NCBI GenBank assembly: GCA_046757585.1
Contig: JBHHYR010000001.1
Location: forward strand, 3,354-67,353
Reading direction: 5' to 3'
Source: Candidatus Binatia bacterium
GTDB taxonomy: Bacteria; Desulfobacterota; Binatia; HRBIN30
Length of the DNA: 64,000 nucleotides
This document shows, piece by piece, positions 20,586 through 28,899 of the stretch. Below the pieces are notes generated by a model, which saw nothing but the letters and a program-made list of their open reading frames with translations, made no database searches and was not told the DNA's origin. Each line of letters starts with the position of its first letter. Within the stretch, counting starts at the first letter, position 1. Both the position numbers and the translations under genes were made by a program.

Positions 20586-21832
20586 CCCAGTCCCATTACG
20601 TGTGGCCGAACCGTGGGGTGTGGCACAAATGGCCTGGACACACCGGACGCGTCGCCCGCCACCCCCTGCGGCACCGCGAGCCACGGGCGTAGTGGACCGC
20701 ATGTGGTGCGCCGATGCACCGCCATGGTCAGCCGCACACTGAGAAACACCGCGCACGTCAGAGTCCAGGTGGCCACCGCCATGATCCCAACGTCTGGCGC
20801 GAGCAACCCGCCCGTAAGCAGGGTGAGATTCGGATTCCGGCGTGCCAGGACGAGCCGGGAATACGAATCGATCGGACGCCAACAAAAGAGCGAGAACCTC
20901 CCCACCCACAACGTAAACGCGCCTTCAACCAGACGGCCGACAACGTACCCAACCACAACCGTTCCCAGCACGAGATCAAGGGTCAGTCCCTCCAACGGCG
21001 CTTGAAACTCCTCGAGCCCCATTCCCCACGCGAGGTACCAGAAGGGCGGGTGAATGATGTCGAGCCCGTGATCAAGGGCATGGCCGATGGACGTCGAGCC
21101 AACCGTCACCCGTGCCAGCTTGCCGTCAACGGTATCCAGAAAGGTCATCAACCAGGCCAAGCCGAGGCCGAACCCATAGCGCCCCGTGGCAAACAGGAAC
21201 GTGACCATGACGACGAGGAGCACGCTGAGGATGGTCACATGGTTGGGACGAATGCCCGCGCGGGTACAGAGGTGGGTGGCCCAGCGCGCGGGCGCCGGCC
21301 AGAGCCATTTCGTGACAAAATCAGTCACACCCTTATACGAGCCGTTGAACAGATGGCGCTCGAGCGCCGCCCGACGGTCCGGGCCGATGCGCACGACAGT
21401 TGCAGGCTCCGACCTGAGCAGCTTTTCGTCGTACGCTTCAGACAGGGCATCCGGGAACTTTATCTGGATTCCCGGCATCTCCTGGGCGCCTGCCTCCCCG
21501 TGCAGCCAGCGCCGGGCCACACACGCACGTGCGCTCGACACGTGCGCCGCGACGCGAATTGCTCGGCCACCTTCGTGAACCTGCAGGCCGACATTTGGGG
21601 CACCGACAAGGTCTCTGATGACCCGTTCGTCATACAGATAATCGGCCCGGACGAAAATGACGGTAGCCGCAGGATCCAGCTCGTCGGTTTCGCTGGCCAG
21701 GCCAGCCACACCCGCACGCTCGAACACACGCTGCAGCCGCTCCGCGGACGACAGCCCCCACAGGCGAACGTTGCACTCGCCCACGATACACCCGTACACC
21801 TTCGTTGCATGATCGCGGCCTGGTGACGCCAT
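20582..21832 (-). CDS. CDP-alcohol phosphatidyltransferase with about 170-aa N-terminal cytoplasmic domain
   Basis: DTVDGKLARVTVGSTSIGHALDHGLDIIH fits the CDP-alcohol phosphotransferase signature D-G-x2-A-R-x7,8-G-x3-D-x3-D. Several TM helices follow it, and a soluble domain precedes it. Confidence 0.8.
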   Translation of the reverse strand: MASPGRDHATKVYGCIVGECNVRLWGLSSAERLQRVFERAGVAGLASETDELDPAATVIFVRADYLYDERVIRDLVGAPNVGLQVHEGGRAIRVAAHVSSARACVARRWLHGEAGAQEMPGIQIKFPDALSEAYDEKLLRSEPATVVRIGPDRRAALERHLFNGSYKGVTDFVTKWLWPAPARWATHLCTRAGIRPNHVTILSVLLVVMVTFLFATGRYGFGLGLAWLMTFLDTVDGKLARVTVGSTSIGHALDHGLDIIHPPFWYLAWGMGLEEFQAPLEGLTLDLVLGTVVVGYVVGRLVEGAFTLWVGRFSLFCWRPIDSYSRLVLARRNPNLTLLTGGLLAPDVGIMAVATWTLTCAVFLSVRLTMAVHRRTTCGPLRPWLAVPQGVAGDASGVSRPFVPHPTVRPHVMGLG

Positions 21833-22060
21833 CAAACACTCCTCGCCTCCGCAGTCAGTCCTCGCCTGGTTAGGCCCCTTATCATCAACCCGCCCCGCAA
21901 GACAAAGGGCTCCACCTGTTGAGAATAGTAGCGCAATGAGTCAGATGCGCCAGTTGGCTTCCCGTTGCACGGGTCCAGGGCGCAAACCTACCGTACGCAT
22001 AAGCAGCCCGATCATCGTCTTTCACGCCAGCTTATCTGATCCGATTGTTCCGGTTGCGGC

Positions 22061-22101
22061 GCGGCATTACTCCTGATGAGATTCATCAGGAGTAATGCCG
22101 C
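22061..22101. repeat. perfect inverted repeat (19-bp arms, 3-nt spacer)
   Basis: GCGGCATTACTCCTGATGA-gat-TCATCAGGAGTAATGCCGC, read directly. It lies in the lower-GC gap between the lptG stop (22175) and the CDP-alcohol transferase start (21832). Confidence 0.95.
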
Positions 22102-22174
22102 CTGTCATTCGGCTGGCGTCGAGGCATCGCCGCACGCGGCGCTGGGCCCGAGGTTTCGAGCACCCCCAGGGTGT

Positions 22175-23239
22175 TCAGCGTACTCGCTGCATCAGCCACA
22201 GGCCAAGCGCCAGCGCCAATGCTCCCGGCAACGTGGCGCTGGCGATCGGATCGAGGCCAAAGACCAGGCCGAACTCTGCAAAGGTCTGGTTGAACATCTG
22301 GAAGCCGATGCCGAGCAAGGCTCCGAGGACGATCCGCTGTCCCACCCTCACTGAGGTCCCAGCGACGAGTACCAGAGGCACAGCCAAGAACATCATGATA
22401 CCCGTGATCAGAGGCAGCGTGATCCGCTTCCAAAATGCGATCTGGTAGCGGCGTGGGCTCTCGCCCCGTGCCCGCAGCGAACGGATCGACCTGTACAGGT
22501 CGTACAGTGACAGGTATTCCGGCGGAAAGGACAAGAGCCGCAGCTGTCGCGGGCTCACAAACTTCTTCCACACCCGCGTGGCCACTTTCCGGGTAGTCAC
22601 CACGTCGTTGCGGATCCGGCCCTCCACCAGTTCCTCGAGCGTCCACTGGTGGTTCGCGTAGGAGGCTGTACGCGCATAGGCGAAGGAGTCCAGCCGGTGC
22701 TGCGCATCAAACTGGTAAACGTACAGATCGTGCAGCTGTGCGCCCGGCAACGGCGTGCGGACGTTGATGAAGCGAGAGCCGTCTCGCGTCCAAAAGCCAT
22801 TCGCTGTGCTCAGCGCTAAACCGCCCGACAGCACAATCGAGCGTTGTGCCGCGGCTTGTTGCGCCAGCGGGGCGGCAGCGAACTCGCCGACCCCGACCGC
22901 CGCCACGACGAGCCAGGCGGTCACCTTCATGACCGACCAAATCAGGCGACCCGGCGCGATGCCTGCGGCCCAGACGGACACCAGTTCGTTCCGGCTCGCG
23001 AGGGTACCAAGGGCACTGACGCCGCCAAGCAAGGCGGCAGCCGGAAAGAGTTCGTAGGCCTCGCTGGGCAGTGTCATGAAGACGAACCATAACGCCTGTC
23101 GCATGCCGTACTGCGCTACGCCAACGTCTTCGAGCTCATGCATCAAGTGAATCACGGAAAAGATCGCGAGGAGGGCAGCGAGGGCAGCGAGGAAGTCCGC
23201 CGCCACTACAGTTGCAAGGTAGCGATCGAGCGTTTTCAT
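22175..23239 (-). CDS. lptG: LPS export ABC transporter permease LptG
   Basis: MKTLDRYLA... N-terminus, six predicted TM helices and a periplasmic beta-jellyroll region, typical of the YjgP/YjgQ family. Its ATG overlaps the lptF stop (ATGA). Confidence 0.8.
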   Translation of the reverse strand: MKTLDRYLATVVAADFLAALAALLAIFSVIHLMHELEDVGVAQYGMRQALWFVFMTLPSEAYELFPAAALLGGVSALGTLASRNELVSVWAAGIAPGRLIWSVMKVTAWLVVAAVGVGEFAAAPLAQQAAAQRSIVLSGGLALSTANGFWTRDGSRFINVRTPLPGAQLHDLYVYQFDAQHRLDSFAYARTASYANHQWTLEELVEGRIRNDVVTTRKVATRVWKKFVSPRQLRLLSFPPEYLSLYDLYRSIRSLRARGESPRRYQIAFWKRITLPLITGIMMFLAVPLVLVAGTSVRVGQRIVLGALLGIGFQMFNQTFAEFGLVFGLDPIASATLPGALALALGLWLMQRVR

Positions 23240-24438
23240 CGATCGCGAGCAGCGGCGCGATCGGCCTGCCATCGCGCCACTCGGTGACGCAACCGGCCGG
23301 GCGTGCGGCGCCACCACCGAGCAGCAGGCACGGCGGCAAAGCCGGCGAGGATCCCAGCCAGACACAGCGCGTGCACACCCCAGATGCCTGGAAAAGGCGG
23401 CAGTGTCCCGTGTGCTACCCAATCCTTGGCCGCGCCCAGGAGATGGCGGTAGGCCATGTAGAGAAGGATGGCGGCAAACAGCTTGGCGTATTTTCCACGG
23501 TACGGGTCCACCCGGCTGAGCGGCAATGCGATCAGCACCAGGAGGAGGGCCGACACGGGCATCGCCAAGCGCCACTGCAGTTCGGCGATATCCGCTGGGG
23601 CGTCCGACCGCAGGAGCGCGAGGGTGGAGCGCGCCTTTTGCCGTCGCTCACCCGCCGTCTCGGCCTGCAACGCGGTACGGATCGTGAGCGTTCGGTAGCG
23701 TGTGATTTCATACCTGCCCGTTTTCGGATGCAGGTCGTAGCGGTATCCATCCACCAGCGTGAGGAAGCGGTAGCCGGTAGCTTCATCCACATGTTCCGCG
23801 GCGTAGTTCGAAACCAGAATCGACACCTGCCCGTCGTGTCGATCTTGCAGGAACACGTCTCCCATGCGTCCGTCGGCTGTGCGGTGGTCCGCGAAAATGA
23901 CCTGCGCACCTCTGCGGCCGATCTCGTAAAACCGCCCTGGACTCAACGCACCAACGTCCAAGTCGCGCGCGGCATGAGTCTTTACATGCTCGAACCGGCC
24001 GGCCGCCCAGGGACGCACGGAGAGCGACATCCCGCCGATCACGGTTGCGGCAAACAGCGCAAACCCGAGCACGATGTAGGGAACACGGCCCGGTGCCACG
24101 CCGCACGCTTCCAGGGCCGTGATTTCGTTGTCCTGGAAGAAGCGGCCTAAGCCGAGCAGCACCGCAAGGTAGAGCACGACCGGCAAGAGAGAAGGAAAGG
24201 CCATGATCGTTCTGAGCGCGAGCAGATGCAGGATGACGTTCGCCGGCAAGGCGCCTTCCGCCGCATCGGTCAGGAGGCTGCCGAACCGGCGGATGAGAAA
24301 AATACCGAGAACGACGGCCAGGACGCCGACGAAGTGAATCAGGATTTCCCCGATCACGTAGCGCGGTAGGACCGGCAGCAACCTTCCGGCACCCACGCGT
24401 CCGACCCAACGTGGCGATACGCTCCCTGGGCAGGTCAT
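23236..24438 (-). CDS. lptF: LPS export ABC transporter permease LptF
   Basis: LPRYVIGEIL... YjgP/YjgQ-family pattern, paired with lptG. Its ATG overlaps the upstream stop (ATGA). Confidence 0.78.
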   Translation of the reverse strand: MTCPGSVSPRWVGRVGAGRLLPVLPRYVIGEILIHFVGVLAVVLGIFLIRRFGSLLTDAAEGALPANVILHLLALRTIMAFPSLLPVVLYLAVLLGLGRFFQDNEITALEACGVAPGRVPYIVLGFALFAATVIGGMSLSVRPWAAGRFEHVKTHAARDLDVGALSPGRFYEIGRRGAQVIFADHRTADGRMGDVFLQDRHDGQVSILVSNYAAEHVDEATGYRFLTLVDGYRYDLHPKTGRYEITRYRTLTIRTALQAETAGERRQKARSTLALLRSDAPADIAELQWRLAMPVSALLLVLIALPLSRVDPYRGKYAKLFAAILLYMAYRHLLGAAKDWVAHGTLPPFPGIWGVHALCLAGILAGFAAVPAARWWRRTPGRLRHRVARWQADRAAARDR

Positions 24439-25643
24439 GTCGCGCGCACGACGAACAGCGCGATCCCCAGGGTGACCAACGCCGCGGAGGCGAATCGGCG
24501 GAGGCGGCCTTCCATGGAGACAGCCGTGAAACGGCGGAAGAGGCCGAACAGGGCCAGCACCAATGCCAGAGCCACCAGCTGACCGGCCTCTACGCCGAGG
24601 TTGAAGCCGGCGAGCACGGGGACCAGCGCACCCCGTCCGATCTCCAGGTCGCTGATCGCGCCCGCGAAGCCGAGGCCGTGAATGAGACCAAAGGCCGAGG
24701 CGGCCAACCAGGGGAGCGCGCGTGGATAGAGCCGTCGTTGGCTGGCACGCATGTGCGCCAGGGAGAACAGCATGACGCCGAGGAGCGCAGGCGCAGGGAC
24801 CGACAGCCAGCCGCTCGCGCTCGCGGCGAGGGCCACAATGGCAAAGGCCACGAGCGCGGCGCGGCCGTGCGCCAGCAGCGGTTCGGCCGCCACTACAGCG
24901 ACGCTCAACCCGATGAGCGCTTCGACCGCGGCCGCGCGGTCCACCGTGATCAGCCGCCCCAGCGCGAGACCCAGCGTGAGGCTGTGGCCCAAGGTAAAGC
25001 CGGTCACGGCGCGCACCACCGCACCGAGTGACTCGGCACTGAGAAGCAGCGCCGCCAGGAAGGCGAGATGATCGTAGCCGGTGGCGATGTGCGTGACCCC
25101 GAGCAGAAAGAAGCTGGCCAGACCGTGGTCGCCCAGTGCCCGGCCCCGGTGAGCAAGCGAGAGGGTTCGCTGTGTATCGGACAGCACCGCTTCGTGACTC
25201 GTGACCGTCCCGCCCGCGGCACGCACGCGGACCCGCGCGATGTGCATGTGCGACGGCGCCTGGTCAAAGAACGCGCCGAACACAATGGTATCCGCAGAGC
25301 CACCGGGGCAGCGACTCTGCCAGCGATACACGAGCGCATTCGCCGGACCGGGGAGTCGTTCGGGATGCGATACGGCCGGACACGGCCTGTTCCGGACCAG
25401 GGCAGACACGTGCGCGACGAGGTAGGCACCCAGTGCCTCCTCTGGTGCCGAACCGGGCACCAGGTCGCCCAGCGTCCCGACGCCCATCGCGGGCGCCGCC
25501 CGGGCGATTTCGAGCCACGGCACCTTGAGCCGCACGGTGACCGTCTCGCCCGCGATGTCCCAGATGGAATAGGAGGTGCTCCGGGCATGTGCGGACACCT
25601 GAGCGGGCCAGAGTAGCGGCACGCCGAACAGGAGCGCCGCCAT
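24435..25643 (-). CDS. HupE/UreJ-family membrane protein with extra N-terminal periplasmic domain
   Basis: C-terminal half: GVTHIATGYDHLAFLAALLL...GFTLGHSLTL...GLIHGLGFA, the HupE/UreJ signature. The start is taken at ATG 25643 (signal-like MAALLFGVPLLWPAQVSA). The 619-aa six-frame ORF overlaps the next gene. Confidence 0.7.
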   Translation of the reverse strand: MAALLFGVPLLWPAQVSAHARSTSYSIWDIAGETVTVRLKVPWLEIARAAPAMGVGTLGDLVPGSAPEEALGAYLVAHVSALVRNRPCPAVSHPERLPGPANALVYRWQSRCPGGSADTIVFGAFFDQAPSHMHIARVRVRAAGGTVTSHEAVLSDTQRTLSLAHRGRALGDHGLASFFLLGVTHIATGYDHLAFLAALLLSAESLGAVVRAVTGFTLGHSLTLGLALGRLITVDRAAAVEALIGLSVAVVAAEPLLAHGRAALVAFAIVALAASASGWLSVPAPALLGVMLFSLAHMRASQRRLYPRALPWLAASAFGLIHGLGFAGAISDLEIGRGALVPVLAGFNLGVEAGQLVALALVLALFGLFRRFTAVSMEGRLRRFASAALVTLGIALFVVRAT

Positions 25644-25662
25644 ACACCACGACTGGCACCAA

Positions 25663-26538
25663 TCAACCGCCAACGTCGCCTCGAATGATCGCTGCCTGTG
25701 CGCGTAGGCGCGCCAGCGCCGTGGCCACCGCCCGTTCGCGCGCCTCGCGTCGCCAGTCCGCAAGCACTGCAGCACGCAGGCGCGAAAAATCGGCCGCTGG
25801 CTCCACCACGCGGTCGCTGACGAGCAAGACACGGTAGCCCCGCCCCGACCGGATCGGCGCACTGGTGGCACCAGGCGCCAGCTCGGCCGCCGCGTGGGCT
25901 GCCGTTGGCCCGAGATACTCGACCAGCTTGCCGAGCGGTAGCAGTCCGTCTGGGAGCGGTACCGGGGGCCGGTCGCCCAAGCGGGCAGCAACCTCCGCAA
26001 ACGGCGCGCCGGCGGCCAGCGCGCGCGCGGCTTCAGCCGCCCGGGCGCGGCCGGCGGCGTCGTGCTGGGCGTCCGCCACGTCCACGAAAATTTGGCGCAG
26101 CGCGACGCGCGCCTGGCCGCGGTAGCGCTCGCTATTGCGCTGGAAATAGGCACGCAGCGCTGCATCGTTCGGATCGGCCACTTCCTGCGCGCCGGCAATC
26201 GAGTCGAGCATGGTCCGCACCAGCATGTTGCGTACGACCCGATCGCGTTCCGCCAGACCCAGCGCGAGCGCGCGCTGGACGAGTATTTCCTCATCGATCA
26301 GCTTGTCGAGCGCCAGCCGGCGGCCCGCCGCGGGCAGCCGGCCGCGCCGCGGGGTGACTGCCACCGCGTCCAGCAGGGCACGCGCAATGGGTTTCCCATT
26401 GACCAGCGCCACGACCCCAGGCGGGAGGACGCCCGAAGACGCGGCCGGCGCGACGAGCCCGTACGCACCCAAGGCAAGGCCAGCCAGCATCGCCAGGGGG
26501 AGCAGCCAGCGCTCGAGCGCAGACGGCCGGCGCGTCAT
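25663..26538 (-). CDS. SurA/PpiD-like periplasmic chaperone / parvulin-type PPIase-domain protein
   Basis: TM anchor, then VNGKPI....LIDEEILVQRA (a SurA N-domain-like segment) and a parvulin-like segment, ALRQIFV....A..LAAGAPFAEVA. Its ATG overlaps the upstream stop. Confidence 0.6.
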   Translation of the reverse strand: MTRRPSALERWLLPLAMLAGLALGAYGLVAPAASSGVLPPGVVALVNGKPIARALLDAVAVTPRRGRLPAAGRRLALDKLIDEEILVQRALALGLAERDRVVRNMLVRTMLDSIAGAQEVADPNDAALRAYFQRNSERYRGQARVALRQIFVDVADAQHDAAGRARAAEAARALAAGAPFAEVAARLGDRPPVPLPDGLLPLGKLVEYLGPTAAHAAAELAPGATSAPIRSGRGYRVLLVSDRVVEPAADFSRLRAAVLADWRREARERAVATALARLRAQAAIIRGDVGG

Positions 26539-28715
26539 TGCGGCGGTGCAGCTGCCGCGAAGTCGACGAAAATCGGCGAGGACCAGGCGCGCTCCCGCGC
26601 CGGGGCCGCACAGTTGTCGGACTCCTCTCGGCACAGCCTGACGCTCACGCAGGCGCCGCGCTCATCCCGCGTGCAGCGGAGCCCGGCCGCATTCACCTGC
26701 ATGGTGGGGCTCTGAAGCGCTCGCACATAGTAGACCGTATCGCGCCTGTCGCGGGCGAAATCAGGGTCGGTAAACCGCACCGTGCAGGCCTCCTGCCCTC
26801 GCGCACAGGGAAGGACTTTCCAGGGGTCCTCGATCAGCGGGCCGACCGGCTCGCCGGGTCGGATCTGCGGGCGGATGCGCACCACCTCGATCCGTTCGAT
26901 CGGCAGACGCTGATCGGAAGGGTTGTAGCATTCGCCGTAGCAGAGCCTGGTGAGCAGACCCGGGGGCGCGCTGGCTGCCGTGTCGGCCGGGCAGCCGGGC
27001 TGCTGCTTGAAGCCACCGATGGCGTGCACCTCGAATGTCGGATTGGTGTCGAGGGAGACCTCGGAACCCATGGGCAACCGCCGGCCCTTTGCGCTGAGCA
27101 GGTTGAACCAGAGCAGGATGCGTGCGCCAGAGGTGCCGTACACGTCGCGGCGCTCGAGCGCCTCCCAGATTGCCCGCCGCCCCCTCCCCCGAACGTGAAC
27201 GGCCGCGAGCCCGCTGGCGTAAAAGAAGCTGTTCTGGCGTTCGTATTCCCAGAACGCCGGGCTGCGGCGCACCTTGCTGGTGGGCGTTCCCTTGTCGACC
27301 CCGAACAGCCAGCGGAAAGCACTCCCCCGGTCGTCGTCAGTGAATCCTTGCCGGATTTCCTTGTAACCGGTGCCGGGCTGCGCGCGGTGATCATCGCTCG
27401 ACGCGAGCAGGCCAAAGCGGTAGCGCAGCGGATGTCTGGGATCATCGAAGTTGGTGAGGGCCAGCGCATACTGCACCGTCGCCCGCGGCCGGAGACTGAA
27501 CGCCGGGTTGTAGCAATCGCGGCACTGGCCGCAGTCGAGCCAGTCCTCCGGGCGTGCATCGGGAATGGTCTCATCCCCGTAGAGCCCCGCCGCCAGGAAC
27601 GCCGCCCGTGCCCGCTCGACCGCCGCTTCACAGGCCGGAGTACCCGGCTGGGCGCAGCGCTCGTGTGCCAGCTCGCCGGCGCGCCAGCAGCACGGCAAGT
27701 AGTCGGGGCGCGGCTGCGGGCAGACGGGGGTCGTGCCCTGCCGCTCCTCCGGCCTGTAGTCACGATACTCCTCGTTGTTGCCGTGACCCGAGTACACCTC
27801 GATCAAGCGCTGGCGCTCGACGTCATGGTTGAGACGATCGAGCTGGTTCTCCCAGTGTGCCCCTGGCGGCACCATCAGCCCCCAGCCGGTACCGTGGGGG
27901 ATGACCAGCACGTCGAAACCCCACTGACCCAGTTTCTCGAACAGCGTTTGCGGGTCAGGCGCCGCTTCGAGGCAATCGCGCGAGAGCGCACGCGAGTCCA
28001 CGCCCGATGGGCAGAAATCCCCCCAGCCGAGATGCACCATCCACGACAGCAGACGGAGGTACCCGGAGGCGTGTAGGGGGTCGCGCAGGGCGGTGCCCGC
28101 TATGCCCGCGAAGTCGGGCCACTCCTGATCGGGGCCTGGCGGTTGGCGCGAAGAGATCGGGCGGGGCGGCAGGCGCTTCGGGTCGAGGTCACGGAAGATC
28201 ACGTTCTTGTGACCGTAATACTTCGCTTCCGTCTCGGCCATCTGCGTCCACTCCCAGCCTGGGAAGACGACGAGGTCCGGATCGGCAGGGGGACCTGCCA
28301 CGGCCTGGCACTGACCCATCTCGGCGATGCTCTGGCGCCACATGTCGTTGGTGAGTGCTTCAGCGTGGTCCGTGATTGCGAAGAAGTCGAGGTTCGAACA
28401 GAAGCGCGCGAAGTCACAGGCGTCGGCGATCGGATGCAGGCCGGTGTTGCGGCTGATCGGCAGCGCGGTGATGAAGGCATCGAACGACTTGGCCGTATGC
28501 ACGTGCAGGTCGCCGAAGAGGATCTGCTCGGCCGGCCGAGCCCGGGGAGCGCCGCTGGTCACCGGCACGCGGTGTCTCGGCGGGTGTGACTTCGTTGGCT
28601 CGGACGGCCGCGAGCAGGCTGACTGCAGCAGCACACTGCTAACCAGCACCCACACCGAAATTACCGACTCCGCGTGCCGCGCCGGGAGCGGCCGTATCCG
28701 TTGAGCGTTCTTCAC
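26535..28715 (-). CDS. DUF3604 domain protein (PHP-like metal hydrolase fold), secreted
   Basis: ILFGDLHVHTAKSFDAF...FFAITDHAE...IPHGT match the DUF3604 metal-binding blocks. Start proposed at GTG 28715, behind a GGAAG RBS and before a hydrophobic signal. The six-frame ORF runs to 29201 and would overlap the GT2 gene. Confidence 0.7.
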   Translation of the reverse strand: MKNAQRIRPLPARHAESVISVWVLVSSVLLQSACSRPSEPTKSHPPRHRVPVTSGAPRARPAEQILFGDLHVHTAKSFDAFITALPISRNTGLHPIADACDFARFCSNLDFFAITDHAEALTNDMWRQSIAEMGQCQAVAGPPADPDLVVFPGWEWTQMAETEAKYYGHKNVIFRDLDPKRLPPRPISSRQPPGPDQEWPDFAGIAGTALRDPLHASGYLRLLSWMVHLGWGDFCPSGVDSRALSRDCLEAAPDPQTLFEKLGQWGFDVLVIPHGTGWGLMVPPGAHWENQLDRLNHDVERQRLIEVYSGHGNNEEYRDYRPEERQGTTPVCPQPRPDYLPCCWRAGELAHERCAQPGTPACEAAVERARAAFLAAGLYGDETIPDARPEDWLDCGQCRDCYNPAFSLRPRATVQYALALTNFDDPRHPLRYRFGLLASSDDHRAQPGTGYKEIRQGFTDDDRGSAFRWLFGVDKGTPTSKVRRSPAFWEYERQNSFFYASGLAAVHVRGRGRRAIWEALERRDVYGTSGARILLWFNLLSAKGRRLPMGSEVSLDTNPTFEVHAIGGFKQQPGCPADTAASAPPGLLTRLCYGECYNPSDQRLPIERIEVVRIRPQIRPGEPVGPLIEDPWKVLPCARGQEACTVRFTDPDFARDRRDTVYYVRALQSPTMQVNAAGLRCTRDERGACVSVRLCREESDNCAAPARERAWSSPIFVDFAAAAPPQ

Positions 28716-28899
28716 ACCATCGCTTCCTAGATCGATCCGCTTCCGGTCGTCAACCCGACTCTCCCACGCCACCGGCCAACGCGCAGCGGCATCGGTGCCG
28801 CCCAGAACTGAGGAGGAAAAGCTGTGATTATCAAGTGAGCCGCACCGGCAAGCATCCCGTCTCTGGCCGCGGACGACATTGCCAGTGCGAAACGTCCTT

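Noticed and set aside
24435-26294. 619-aa ORF suggesting a very large HupE-like protein.
   Set aside because: Its first 217 codons overlap the well-supported parvulin-like gene in another frame and are Arg/Trp/Ser-rich. An internal ATG at 25643 with a signal-like sequence gives a coherent 402-aa protein.
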